Shown here: positions 9,475 through 21,900 of the stretch, one piece after another
Numbering within the stretch: the stretch's first letter is position 1
Layout: every line of letters begins with the position of its first letter
Source of the DNA: Rhodospirillales bacterium
Lineage (GTDB): Bacteria; Pseudomonadota; Alphaproteobacteria; Bin95
Reading direction: 5' to 3'
DNA: 64,000 bases
NCBI GenBank assembly: GCA_038143065.1
Contig: JAYQLI010000035.1
Span: 1,760,894-1,824,893 of the forward strand
Position numbers and translations under genes: made by a program
The notes under the pieces: generated by a model
Told to the model about the DNA's origin: nothing
What the model saw: the letters and a program-made list of their open reading frames with translations, nothing else
Databases searched by the model: none

Positions 9475-11277
9475 CTATCCGTCGCTCATCTTAAGAGCTG
9501 CAATGAATGCACTTTGGGGTATTTCTACTTGGCCGAAGGCGCGCATGCGTTTCTTGCCTTCCTTCTGCTTTTCCAACAGCTTTTTCTTGCGCGTGATGTC
9601 GCCGCCATAGCATTTGGCCGTAACGTCCTTGCGCATCGCTGAGACGGTTTCTCGGGCAATTACCTTTCCACCGATGGCAGCTTGCACTGCGATCTTGAAG
9701 AGTTGCCTTGGGATTAAGTCCTTTAAACGTTGGCAAAGGGCGCGGCCTCTCGATTCCGCTTGAGAGCGGTGCACGATCGCTGCTAAGGCCTCGACGGGCT
9801 CGTTATTAACAAGGATCGACATCTTTACCAGGTCGCCTTCCTCATACCCATCAATTTGGTAGTCGAAACTGGCGTAACCTCGGCTGATAGATTTCAGGCG
9901 ATCATAAAAATCGAAGACCACCTCATTTAGGGGGAGGCGATACACCAGCATCGCCCTCTCACCAACATAGGTGAGCTCTTTTTGAATGCCGCGACGCTCT
10001 TCACACAGCTTAATTACCCCGCCAAGGTGTTCGTCAGGAAGCATAATTGTAGCCGTGATCCAGGGCTCTTCAATCATTTCTATTTTGGTGACGTCAGGCA
10101 TATCGGCGGGATTATGAAGCTCGATAATTTCGCCCTTCTGCATGTGTATCCGGTAGACGACGGAGGGACTTGTCGCGATCAAGTCCAAGTCAAACTCTCG
10201 ATCGAGGCGCTCTTGAATGATCTCTAGGTGAAGAAGACCCAGGAAACCACAACGGAAACCAAATCCGAGAGCCGCTGAACTTTCCGTCTCAAATTCAAAG
10301 CTAGCATCGTTTAGGCGAAGCTTTGCCAGACTTTCACGAAGACTTTCAAAATCCGCAGCATCCGCCGGAAAGAGACCACAGAACACTACTGGAAGGTTTG
10401 GCTTGAAACCTGCGAGAGGCTTTTCAGCGGGCTTTCTATCATTAGTAATGGTATCGCCGACAGAACAATCGGCTACTGCCTTGATAGAGGCAGAAACATA
10501 TCCAAGCTCTCCTGGGCCGAGGCTATCACGCTTAGTACGCTTAGGGGTAAATACGCCTACCTCATCAACTTCGTATGCGGCGCCGTTTGCCATCATGCGA
10601 ATGCGCATACCTTTTTTGACTTCGCCATTGATGACACGAACAAGAGTAACCACGCCAAGATACTGGTCGTACCAACTATCAACTAAGAGTGCCTGCAGCG
10701 GCTCTTCTGTTTCGCCAACTGGCGGTGGCATTTGGGTAACGATGGCTTCTAAAACCTCTGGAACACCGAGGCCAGTCTTGGCAGATATTTCAATTGCTTC
10801 AGACGCATCAAGGCCTATGACTTCCTCAATTTGCGCCTTCACCCGCTCTGGATCCGAGGCAGGTAAGTCTACTTTATTTAATACGGGTACGATCTCTAGA
10901 TCGTTCTCCAGAGCCAAATAAACATTTGCAAGGGTCTGCGCCTCAACACCCTGCGTCGCATCTACCACGAGCAAAGCGCCTTCACACGCGGCGAGGCTTC
11001 GACTTACTTCATAAGTAAAGTCAACGTGTCCAGGAGTATCGATCAGGTTGAGTTCATATTCCTGACCATCTTTTGCAGTGTATTTAAGCTGAACTGTCTG
11101 TGCCTTGATGGTGATGCCGCGCTCACGTTCTAGGTCCATCGAGTCGAGGACCTGTTCTTGCATTTCACGGTCCGTCAGACCACCGCACGTTTGTATTAGC
11201 CTATCAGCCAACGTCGACTTGCCGTGGTCGATGTGTGCAATGATTGAAAAATTACGGATGTGGCTTAGGTCAGTCAT
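9475..11277 (-). CDS. lepA: Elongation factor 4
   Basis: [44 protein letters not shown]. Confidence 0.99.
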   Translation of the reverse strand: MTDLSHIRNFSIIAHIDHGKSTLADRLIQTCGGLTDREMQEQVLDSMDLERERGITIKAQTVQLKYTAKDGQEYELNLIDTPGHVDFTYEVSRSLAACEGALLVVDATQGVEAQTLANVYLALENDLEIVPVLNKVDLPASDPERVKAQIEEVIGLDASEAIEISAKTGLGVPEVLEAIVTQMPPPVGETEEPLQALLVDSWYDQYLGVVTLVRVINGEVKKGMRIRMMANGAAYEVDEVGVFTPKRTKRDSLGPGELGYVSASIKAVADCSVGDTITNDRKPAEKPLAGFKPNLPVVFCGLFPADAADFESLRESLAKLRLNDASFEFETESSAALGFGFRCGFLGLLHLEIIQERLDREFDLDLIATSPSVVYRIHMQKGEIIELHNPADMPDVTKIEMIEEPWITATIMLPDEHLGGVIKLCEERRGIQKELTYVGERAMLVYRLPLNEVVFDFYDRLKSISRGYASFDYQIDGYEEGDLVKMSILVNNEPVEALAAIVHRSQAESRGRALCQRLKDLIPRQLFKIAVQAAIGGKVIARETVSAMRKDVTAKCYGGDITRKKKLLEKQKEGKKRMRAFGQVEIPQSAFIAALKMSDG

Positions 11278-11498
11278 GGCCGTGCCATTTCACTCTTTCC
11301 TGCAGGTAGAACCCGTGATCTAGCGCAGTCCAGAGCTTAAGGGAATACAAGGATTGCAGTATGCTCTAAAATTAAATAGCTGAAGGCTTATTTTTCAGCA
11401 TTTGATGTTTTTTGGAAACTAATTAAACCTACGATAGTTTTCTAATCGCCGCGTGCAAGCTGATACAGCGCGCACCTAAAAACAATAAGGATTGTCTT

Positions 11499-12380
11499 AT
11501 GAGCAAATTGCCTGACTACACCCCACCCAAGATTTGGAAGTGGGAAAACGAAAATGGAGGCCAATTTGCTAATATCAATCGGCCCATTGCTGGTCCAACC
11601 CACGAGAAAGAGCTCCCCAGAGGCAAGCATCCTCTCCAGCTATACTCCTTAGCAACGCCAAATGGGGTGAAAGTAACCGTTATGTTGGAAGAGCTGTTAG
11701 CAGCTGGCTATTCCGAAGCTGAATACGATGCCTGGCTTATAACAATTCGCGAGGGCGAACAGTTTGGCTCAGGGTTTGTTGGAGTTAACCCAAACTCTAA
11801 GATTCCTGCCCTGATGGATTACTCGACGACGAAGCCGACGCGCGTATTTGAGTCAGGTTCGATCCTCTTGTACTTAGCCGAAAAGTTTGGGGGGGCATTC
11901 CTTCCCAACGATCCTGGGGATCGAGCTGAGTGCCTATCATGGCTTTTCTGGCAGATGGGAAGCGCGCCTTATCTTGGTGGCGGCTTTGGTCACTTCTATG
12001 CCTACGCCCCGGTCAAGATTGAGTACTGTATCGATCGCTACACCATGGAAACCAAGCGACAACTTGATGTTCTGAATCGACATCTTGAAAACAACAAATT
12101 TATGTGTGGGGATGAATATACCATTGCTGATATGGCAATTTGGCCATGGTATGGGGCCGCTGTTTCAAACAGCATCTACGATGCCGCTGAATTTCTCGAT
12201 GCAAAAATATACACCAATGTCATTCGTTGGGCTGAAGCAATTGCGGACCGGCCTCAGGTAAAACGTGGGCGGATGGTTAACCGCGCCACCGGTCCTTTAG
12301 AAAAACAGCTCTGGGAGCGTCATGACGCCAGCGATTTTGATACAAAAACCCAGGACAAATTGCAGTCCACAAAGGACTAA
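11499..12380 (+). CDS. yghU: Glutathione-dependent disulfide-bond oxidoreductase (Nu-class GST)
   Basis: NINRPIAG, SLATPNGVKV, ERHDASDF. Confidence 0.93.
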   Translation: MSKLPDYTPPKIWKWENENGGQFANINRPIAGPTHEKELPRGKHPLQLYSLATPNGVKVTVMLEELLAAGYSEAEYDAWLITIREGEQFGSGFVGVNPNSKIPALMDYSTTKPTRVFESGSILLYLAEKFGGAFLPNDPGDRAECLSWLFWQMGSAPYLGGGFGHFYAYAPVKIEYCIDRYTMETKRQLDVLNRHLENNKFMCGDEYTIADMAIWPWYGAAVSNSIYDAAEFLDAKIYTNVIRWAEAIADRPQVKRGRMVNRATGPLEKQLWERHDASDFDTKTQDKLQSTKD

Positions 12381-12382
12381 TC

Positions 12383-13167
12383 TTGGAAGCCTTTGAAATT
12401 GGCCTTCTTGCCATAGCAGCTTTTTCGACCTCGGCACTGACTGCAGTTGTTGGTGCTGGGGGCGGTACAGCACTCATTGCTTTGATGCTATTGATCATGC
12501 CTCCTGCCGCCGTGATCCCAGCGCACGGCGTCGTTCAACTGGCAGCAAATGTAACGCGTTCCTGGCTTTGCGCAGATATCTGGCCTGGCCAATCATTTGG
12601 CGCTTTTCCCTTCTTTTACCGCTTGGCGTTGTTCTTGGGTTGTGGTTTTTTCAAGGTTTACCAGCAGCAGTTATCCAGCTTTTGATTGGCGGCTTCGTTC
12701 TTATCACTCTTGCGCTCCCTACATCAAACAAATCGGCATTAGAGAAACGCCACTCTGGGCTTTTATTCCAGTCGGATTCGTAACAGGTTGCTTAAATATG
12801 ATTGTTGGTGTGATAGCGCCTATTCTCGGAGCTATCATTGTTCGGCGAGATCTAAAAAAAGAGGAGATAGTAGGCACTCTGGGATTTTTTGGAGTTATAG
12901 GTAATCTCTTCAAAATAATCTGGATTTACGTTCGTTGGTTTTAGTTTTGCAAAATATTGGCCTTTACTGGCAGTGATGGTTCCTGCCGCCGTAGTAGGTG
13001 CGCGCGTCGGGCGCTTGTTGCTCTCGATGGTAGACGAGCGTTTATTTCTAATTTGTTTCCGTCTTATGTTGGGTATGCTTGCACTCAAGCTCATCATAGT
13101 GGACGGCTTGAGTGCATTTTTGTTGACTTCAATCGGATTGCCTCAGGCATTTGATATCCTGGCGTAG
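12383..13167 (+). CDS. Sulfite exporter TauE/SafE family (frameshifted)
   Basis: VVGAGGG, PAHGVVQL; successive hydrophobic fragments in changing frames. Confidence 0.75.
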
Positions 13168-14217
13168 ATTTAGAAAGCGCCACTTCATCTTGTCCATATC
13201 TTCTGGCACGCCCTCGAACATAGGCGATGACAAATACCTTTCTCCTGTATCAGGCAACATACAGAGGATTGTCGATCCCTTTGGTGCCTTCTCTGCAACT
13301 GCAATCGCAGTCGCAAAGCTAGAACCACCTGAAATACCAGTAAAGATGCCTTCCTGCTGCGCCAATTTCTTGGACCAGGATATACCATCTGCTCCCGCAA
13401 CGGGCAGAAGTTCGTCGTACAGATTGTTGTCAATTGCTTCCTGCAAAACATAAGGAATGAAGTCAGGAGTCCAACCCTGGATTGGATGAGCCTCCCAGTC
13501 GGGGTGGCTAGATGCTGGTGAATTATCTGCAGTTCTATCCTGAACCTTGCCACCACCTAAAAGTTGAGCATTAGCAGGTTCGGTTAAATAATTTTCGTAT
13601 TAGGCATTTCCTTACGGAGGATCTTGCAACCCTGTAACTGTTCCACCGGTTCCATATCCAGAGACGAAATAGTCAAGCTTTTTGCCTGCAAAATCCGCAA
13701 CTATTTCGCGCCCGGTGGTGTTCTCATGGATCTTAGCGTTGTCGGCTGTCTCAAACTGGCGCGCAAGGAACCACCCATTTGCCTTTGCGAGTTCAACTGC
13801 CTTGTTGTACATGCCCGAACCCTTCTGGGCACGAGGGTCAAAACAACCTTAGCGCCAAGAAACCTCATGAGTTTGCGCCGTTCAATAGAAAAGCTGTCAG
13901 CCATTGTCACGAACAAGTGGATACCCTTTGGCCGCACAGACCATAGCCAGCCCAATCCCTGTGTTACCGCTGGTTGCCTCAACTACAGTCTGACCGGGTT
14001 TTAGGTCTCCCGTTTCTCTGCTTCCTCAATAATACTTGTAGCAAGACGATCCTTTGACAGATCCCGCAGGGTTAAAGAATTCAGCTTTTACGTACAAGTT
14101 AATGCCTTCAGGGGCGATTTTGTTAATACGTACGCAAGGAGTGTCACCCATCGTATCCACTATTGAGTCGAAAACTCGTCCTTGACCATTAGTAGTGCGG
14201 CTATTGCTATCTGACAT
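13129..14217 (-). CDS. cysK: Cysteine synthase A (several frameshifts)
   Basis: [16 protein letters not shown](DR), [31 protein letters not shown] across fragments. Confidence 0.85.
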
Positions 14218-14350
14218 TAACGTCTCTCCCTTTTATAACGTATTCTATGGCAACCCTAAAAAGTACTGTACACGTGATAATCAGCGTTTCCAAAGAAGAC
14301 ATCAAAACAAAAATCATTCATTCTTTTCATCGTGAAGGATCAGTCATCAT

Positions 14351-15180
14351 ATGAGCGTCTCAAGTTTCTCAGACAAAAGTCTCCTGACTGATGTTGAGGA
14401 GCTTTCAAACTGTCTTGATAGCGTGACTTTGCTAGATCTTCGACCAACAGATGATTACGCTTTAGGTCATATTCCAGGTGCTAGACACATAGGTATCTAT
14501 GACATTAGCCGTAATGACACCTCCGAGGCACCATTAGAGGCCTTTCTTTCTATTTTTAATGTTCTTTTCGGCTCGCGTGGCGTTCAAGCTGGAAAAGCCA
14601 ATAGTTGTATACGACCATGAAAGCGGGGAGCGAGCGGCTCGAGCAGTTTGGTTGCTTTCGGTTTTAGGGTCATTCAAATGTTAGATTGTTGACGGTGGCA
14701 GTAGTGCCTGGAGACGTTCAGGACGCAGTTTAGTCAGTGTGGGATTTGCGGATGCGCCGATAGCGCCAGATAAGGCCCCACCTTTCGCGATTAGAACTGC
14801 TTGCAACCCGCTTTGACGTCCACGAGGCAATTAAGCGTGACGATATGATCATCCTTGATGTTCGTCGTGAAAGTGAAAATAGAGGAACAGAAAAGCGGGC
14901 CCGACGTGCCGGCGCAATCCCTGGATCTGTTCACATCTTTTGGCGTGATCATTTAGACGCCGATGGCAAAATTCGACCTGTCGATGAGATCCGTTCCCTC
15001 TACGAAGCAAATGGCGTCACGCCCGATAAATCAATTATTGCATTCTGTCAGGGCGGCTATAGGTAAGCCAACACATTTATAATTCTCAAATCGTTAGGAT
15101 TTCAGAACGAGCGAAACTATGTTGGCTCTTAGGGTGAGTGTGGAAATAGCGACGATTCCATCATCGTAAAGCCAGAATAA
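14351..15180 (+). pseudogene. Tandem-rhodanese sulfurtransferase, disrupted
   Basis: GHIPGA, GAIPGS, active-site FCQGGYR followed by in-frame TAA; YVGS*GECGN where the family has GSWxEW; also indels. Confidence 0.7.
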
Positions 15181-15183
15181 TCA

Positions 15184-16188
15184 TCATTCTGGACGTTCAA
15201 TCCGACCATTTGGCAATCGAGCAAAGCGACCCTCCCAATGGATGCACTGGATCTTGCTGGGGCCACGGCCATCCTCCAAAAGCTGTTTGTCGATAGTCTG
15301 CAAAAGCAGCAGAAAGCTCATCCCGACTATTCATTACAAAAGGTCCATGTTGAGCGACAGGTTCTCCAATAGGCATTCCTTGCAGCATGAGTAGTTCAGA
15401 TGACTGACCACCTTTTTCAATATAGGGAATGACCCGCATTTACTTGGGCAACATTTAACATCGACTTGTTGACCATCAAAGGAGATGGGTCCACCGGAAA
15501 AGAGATAAAGGCAACGTCCAACATCGGCGTTCGTTGCAGGCAATGTCCACTCAGCCCCAGGGTCTAATTTTATTGTCCAAATCGCAACATTATGAGCTGG
15601 ATTGGGCCCATGAACTTGGAGGTGGCGCTGGAGGCTCCTGACCATCTGGCAACGCGCCAGCGTAGCTTACAAGCTTTACCCCATCAGAAGACAACATGCT
15701 TGGGATTTTATTCTTCCAGAACATACTGAAGTGCGGCTGAGCCATTTTAGAAACAGCCGGCAAATTCAGCCAAATCTGAAAAAGTTCGGTTGGGTTGCGG
15801 GTGTCCTGGCTTAAAAGTGGAAACATTTCAGAGTGAACGACGCCCTTACCAGCTGTCATCCACTGCAAATCACCTTCCCCAAAACGCGCAGCGGCGCCCA
15901 AACTATCACAGTGATCAATATACCCTTGGCGCGCGACGGTGACAGTTTCAAAGCCTCGGTGTGGGTGCTGAGGAAAGCCAGGAACTGTACTCACCGTGAT
16001 ACATACTCCAACCATCTTTACCGCCAAAATCATGCCCGATGGACCGCCCTTCGAGGCTTGCCTTTGGGCGCATCTCTCCATCGCCTTCAGGGATAGTTAT
16101 CATCGTGGTGCACACAGAAGAGAAAAGGGTCGAGGGTTGGCCAAGGACCCTCGGGCAATGGAGCAACTGCTAAAATGGTCTCTGACAT
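15184..16188 (-). CDS. Pirin family protein (frameshifted)
   Basis: [43 protein letters not shown]. Confidence 0.85.
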
Positions 16189-16255
16189 CGACACACCTAT
16201 TTTGATCAAATCTTGACTTTAAATAGCTCGCCAAGAGAAGTTGGACCAATATAAA

Positions 16256-16583
16256 TTAAGGATGTGGCCCCCAAGGCGCAGCATGTAGCAGTTTTACTTC
16301 CTGGTTCATGACTAGAGGACGGAAGCGAGCTGCAAAGTCCTCAACAAAAGCCTTGTTCGAAAAGACAGAGGCCCAGTGTGCTCGACGATCTGCATCATCT
16401 TCAAACTTCCAAAGATGGACTATTTGATTGATAGTTCCTGTGTCTCCTTGAAAATATCCAACTAACTTATCATCGTGACCACCGGATTGCAGCGCTGGAA
16501 ATCCATATTTTTTGATAAAGGTCGACTGCCTCGCCCATTTTTCCAACATAAAGCGTGTAAGTTCTAAGTTCGTAAAGAGCCAT
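16256..16583 (-). CDS. NIPSNAP family protein (one frameshift in an A-run near 16510)
   Basis: MALYELRTYTLYVGKM joined to NQIVHLWKFEDDADRRAHW. Confidence 0.85.
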
Positions 16584-16605
16584 ATCAAACAACCTTTCAG
16601 CATTT

Positions 16606-17408
16606 TTAAATTTTCAGCTGGCCAGTCCAGCCACCATCAATTGGTAAAACTGCACCCGTGATATCATCGCCAATAGAGCTGCAGAGAAAGGCTACCATGG
16701 CTGCAACATTTTGCATGGCAACAAATCTTCCAGTCGGATGGCGCTCAGAAATATATTTCTTCTCGACATCAGCAAGCGTGGCCCCCTGGACCGCGGCCAT
16801 ACTTTGCAACTTGGTCATAATAGCCGGCGTTGGAACTGAACCAGGGGAAAGAGCATTAGCTGTCACGCCTGAAGCAGCCGTCTCAACCGCAATCCCTCTT
16901 GTAAGCCCGATAAGAGCCGTTTTAGTAGTTACATAGTCAATGCGTTCAGACGCTCCCCTCCAACCAAAGACAGAAGACATATTTATGATACGTCCCCAAC
17001 CCCTGGCCTTCATATCTGATAAAACTCAGGCGGACAGCATGAAAGGCTGCTGATAAGATTAACAGCTATGGATTGGTCCCATGCTTCTGGCTGCAAATCC
17101 TCAATTGCCGAAAAATTTCGAACAACAGCATTATTAACAAGAATATCAATGGACCCAAAGCAACTAATGCCATTGTCGACCATACGCTCAATCTGTCGAA
17201 GATCACTTAAATTCCGGGATCAAAAATTGCATCGACATTATTCCGAAGAATTTTTTCTGCCGCTTTGATGCCCTCTTCTGCCGACTTCCAGTCCATTCAA
17301 AACAATGTTCGCGCCTACAGCAGCGAGGCTTGCCGCAATTGCATTTCCAAGGCCTCCAACAGAGCCAGTTACTAGAGCCGTGCGACCATCAAGATATCTA
17401 TTGGACAT
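16606..17408 (-). CDS. Short-chain dehydrogenase (3-hydroxybutyrate dehydrogenase-like; frameshifted)
   Basis: ALVTGSVGGLG, NNA motif, YVTTK, IDGGW; ATG overlaps the upstream TGA. Confidence 0.8.
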
Positions 17409-18766
17409 CATGGATCCCCAGCAGCTGCCAACCGAGCAATGGTGCCTGCATCTTCCAGCGTATCAAGCATCCAAACCGCCTCGATTAGCCTATCAACATT
17501 TCCGTTAAAGCCTGCTCGCTCAGATAATTCCCAAACCTTGTTCTCAATGTCTTCATCAGAAAATGGATTTTTTGCCCCACCGCGCGCAGCATCAATACGC
17601 ACATGAATTGGTGATTGATCCTCAAGTTCGACCGTCATGTCTACTGAACCTATATCGTAAGTGTCGTCGTCAATAAATGTGATTTTGGGACGTCCCGCGG
17701 CCAGCGTTTGTTGCGCTGCAGTATCATTAAACTCATCCAAACCAGCCTGGCCTCGTTGAAAGGCTATAGAAACCGCATGCTGCGCTGAAACCTGCGCCTC
17801 CCGGCCTGTTGCAACATAAGGTCGATCTGTACGTTGGCGGAGCAAAGAATGGCCTTTAAGTGTTACAGATTTTACAATGCTGGTCTCAAAGCCTTGCCTT
17901 GATTCAATCTCTAAACTTGCGTCGATGACAGGGTTTTCAAAACCACACCAGCTGGGATAAGGCTTATAAGTATTTTTACTAATTTCCCAGATATCTCCCC
18001 AGATCTGCCGTTAAGCGATTAAGGTTAGGATTGTCGCAGTAAACTCTCAGAAATCCTCGTTGACCTGTCAGTGGTGCTGAAGGCCCATCAAAATTAGCCT
18101 TTGCAAGCAGTGCTGACATCATTCCCAAGACGCGCAGCATTTCCCACACTCAAACTTTTTGCCATGTAGCCAAGGCCTTCGACTAATCCAGCTGACTGAA
18201 CAGCCGCGTTTCCAGCTGCGTAAACAAATTGATTACGTGTTAATTTTAAAAGTGCACCTACTCCAAAGGCTGCGCCAAAAATCCCGCATGTGGATGTAAT
18301 GTGCCACCCTCGCGCATAATGATAAGGTGAGATAGCGTTGCCTAATCTGCATTCAATTTCTCCTCTAGAATAAAGGCGCGGATCAATTCATTTCCAGACA
18401 AACGGTTAGCCTCTGCTTGAGCCAAAATCGCGGGCACCAAGGGTGCCGATGGATGAATTATGGTAGCAGGATGATTATCGTCATAATCAAAAATATTAGC
18501 GGACATGCCGTTAATAAACGACGCGAGTTGTGGATCAGTGCGCTCTGGGCGTCCAATAAGACTGCAGGAAGCATTGCACCTGAATAAGGCCCATGACACT
18601 CAATGGCCTTATCAACTGCAGGCTCCTCACATCCAGAAATTGCTGTTCCGATAATATTAAGATTGAGCGCTTTGACTTCATGACAGATGGTTGCTGGTAA
18701 TGTCAGACCAATTCAACCGGTTTGAGCAAATCAGCTAATTTTTTTCCAGAAGGAGTTAATCATCAT
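17408..18766 (-). CDS. MmgE/PrpD family protein (many frameshifts)
   Basis: FINGMSANIFDYDDNH..TIIHPSAP, GWHITSTCG, KPYP.G, AQVSAQH. Confidence 0.8.
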
Positions 18767-18971
18767 CCGATCCAATCAAAAAAAATCATTCACTCAAATT
18801 TCAAATGGATTTTTACTTAAATTGTTATCTTTATTAATTTAACCCAAATATCATAATTGGTATTTAATTTTTTGATGCATTCTTGGCAAATCCAAAAACT
18901 TCAATAATTTTAAAATCTTCAGAAGAATTTGTTTACCCCTTGCAACCGAATTCAAACGTTTTTAAATGATT

Positions 18972-21900
18972 TTATAGTCCCCCTGTTACCTCTGAGGAAC
19001 TATCAAAATGAGTGATTTCATTGACCACATCTACAGACCCAGATGATGCATCAATTGTCACAGCAACGCCACGTATTTCCAAGTCCCTCAGTTGGGGGGA
19101 CAACTGCTTAATCAGGGTTCCATTAATGATTTTAAATCCTCCATTTGCAGCCCTCTGCAAAGTGCCACCTTGATTGATTTTGAAGAATGATATCGTCTTC
19201 GGTTATCTACGAAGGATGTTGATTGCTTATGTTTTCTCCTGTAAAATTAAACAGGCTTGCAGTGTATTGATTAAAGCCCCGAATTGAATGCTCCAATTCT
19301 TTGCTCAGAATCAGTTTTACAAGAACCGGTGCAATCATTCTCTAATCGTCACATCAACTGCCAAGTCATTCACTAAAAACACGTGGAATGTCCCACCGCC
19401 TGAGCCATCAGGGCCATTGAGGTGTGCATCCAAATCAACCAAGCTTGATCTGGACCAATCAAATTCAATAAATGTTGCGCAAAGTCACGTCGATGACTTA
19501 ACTGCCTCGTGGACAGCTTGTGTCGCGCTGTCCAATTCAACTGTATTTTACTAATTCATTATCAATTTCGAGCTCTGAAAATTGAAGTTCTTTGATCAAA
19601 CGTGTTACTTGCCTAACGTCCAACATCTGGTTGATGGATTTAATTTGAGCCGTGGCAGGATCGATTTTTGCTGCCAACCATGTGTTTCCAGAGCCATTTT
19701 GAGGAGGATTAAAGCGGTCAACCGTCGTTCCACCAGATACCTCTGATCCGCCCGCAGATGTGCGCTGCAGCGTTCCGCCTTGTATTGAAGTTGATGGATA
19801 TATTGTTTGATTGTCAACGATAGCAGTTTGGAACCATTCGCCCCAGCATGATATTCCGACACCATACAGGCCGGATCCAGAATTTAAACTACTGATTGAA
19901 ATACCTCACTACAATTAGCATTGCATCGCAATCCCTTGGTCGAGATTAATTTCGGGATGTATTGGGAATTTTGTGATGATGCAGAGATTAAAAATGGTTG
20001 AGAGTTTGTATCTTCACCAAACAAAAACCCGTCTAAGTCTATCAAACTGCTATTTTTCCAATCAAATTCAACATGAAGGCCAAGAGAAATATCGTTAATC
20101 GTTGCTGTTTTGAATATTGAATTTCAGTTTCAACGAGTTGCAATTTAGATAACTCAGCAAATCCAGTGATTTGAATTATGTCATTTTCAACATCAACAAT
20201 CTGGTTGATGGATGTAATTTCACCAGTCACTGGATTTATTTCAGCTGCAATCCATGCATCGCCAACGCCCATCACTTGGAGGGGCAAATTCTCGAAGAGT
20301 CACCCCACCTGAAACTTCAGAACCACCGCGAGACGTCCGCTGTAAGGTCCCTCCTTGGTTAACCCTAAGAACAAATTTGAATTAGTTAGCGATATAACAT
20401 TCGGCCCATTATTATCTGGGTCCAGGTGCATTCCAACGCCATAGAGACCTGTATTTGGGAAGCTATCGATTATGATGACTTCACTGCATCTAGCGACAAT
20501 ACAGTTCGTATCCAGCCTTATAGTTGGATGAGAATTTGCAATCTCCTCATCACCAATAATCAGAAATGGGTTCGTTGTTGCTCGTGAATCCGTTCCAAAC
20601 AGGAATCCATCAACGTCGATTAAATTTGACGCTGTCCAATCAAACTCAATGAATGCGCCTGCGTTAATGTTAAGGTCCGTCCCGGAGAAGCGACTCACTG
20701 TATCCTCAACACTTTGAACATCATCATTGATGATTTGAGTTAAATTATCTACCGGCAAATCGTCATTTGGGCCAGTAACCCCTGGCCCAACAGCCCCAGG
20801 TGGTCCAAAGCCCAGCGGTATGGATATCGCGATATCAACACCTGGACCCGCAGCTTCCTCAACATTTATGGCTGCAAACACAGGCATCTCTGGGGCTGGT
20901 GCCGGGGCCAGAGCAGGGGCTGGTGCCGGGGCCAGAGCAGGGGCTGGTGCAGGGGCTGGTGCAGGGGCAACATCTGCACCCGCACCATTGTCAGGCCCAC
21001 CAGCTACTGGCGCTTCAGCAGGAGCTGCAGCAGCATCATTACCGGCACCACCTACAGGGCCTGTCTCTCCAGGCTCGTTATCACTTGCACTTGCCACGAC
21101 CGTGTTATCTGAACCTGCTGGCCCTTCAGACGCCCCATCGCCACCTTCATTTGTTGCAACAGGTCCATCACCACCTTCTGCCGGCGGGCCGCCTTCACCA
21201 TTAGCAGCTGTACTTTCGCCACCCTGACCACCTTCACCCTCTTGGTTCTGGGCAGTTTGCTCGCCACCTTCACCCTCTTGGTTCTGGGCAGTTTGCTCGC
21301 CACCTTCACCTTCTTCTTGGTTCTCGGCGGTTTGCTCGCCACCTTCACCTTCTTGGTTCTCAGCAGTTTCCTCGCCACCTTCACCTTCTTGGTTCTCGGC
21401 AGTTTCCTCGCCACCTTCACCTTCTTGGTTCTCGGCAGTTTCCTCGCCACCTTCACCTTCCTCTCGCCACCTTCACCTTCTTGGTTCTCGGCAGTTTCCT
21501 CGCCACCTTCACCTTCTTGGTTCTCAGCAGTTTCCTCGCCACCTTCACCTTCTTGGTTCTCGGCAGTTTCCTCGCCACCTTCACCTTCTTGGTTCTCGGT
21601 GGTTTCAGGTGACTTATTGACAAAGAGATTGGATATTTCAGCAGGAACGGGAATTAAATCTCCAGGAGGTTGGTTGACTTCACAAAAAAACCAACGCCAG
21701 CCTTATCTACCGTCTGAGACCCGTATTCATTCGCAAATTCAATTTTTGATGGCGGTAAACCCACATTGTTGTCTGGGCCTGGGCCTACTAACCCCATGAA
21801 AAATGACTGCCCCTGCTCTCTCTCCACAATAATTGTGGATGTACCCCTAATACCCATAACCCCAACAGGCGTTTTAATTTTGAACTGCGGCTTACCCAGA

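Noticed and set aside
21229-21605. 36-nt repeats resembling a CRISPR array
   Set aside because: The units are contiguous with no unique spacers, vary at codon-level positions, lie inside a CDS, and no cas genes are present.
21052-21799. Repetitive ORFs 21242-21799(+) (LVLGSFLATFTF) and 21052-21456(-) (KVKVARKLPRTK)
   Set aside because: These are antisense and off-frame shadows of the acidic repeat; the EGEGGEETAENQ frame connects the flanking domains.
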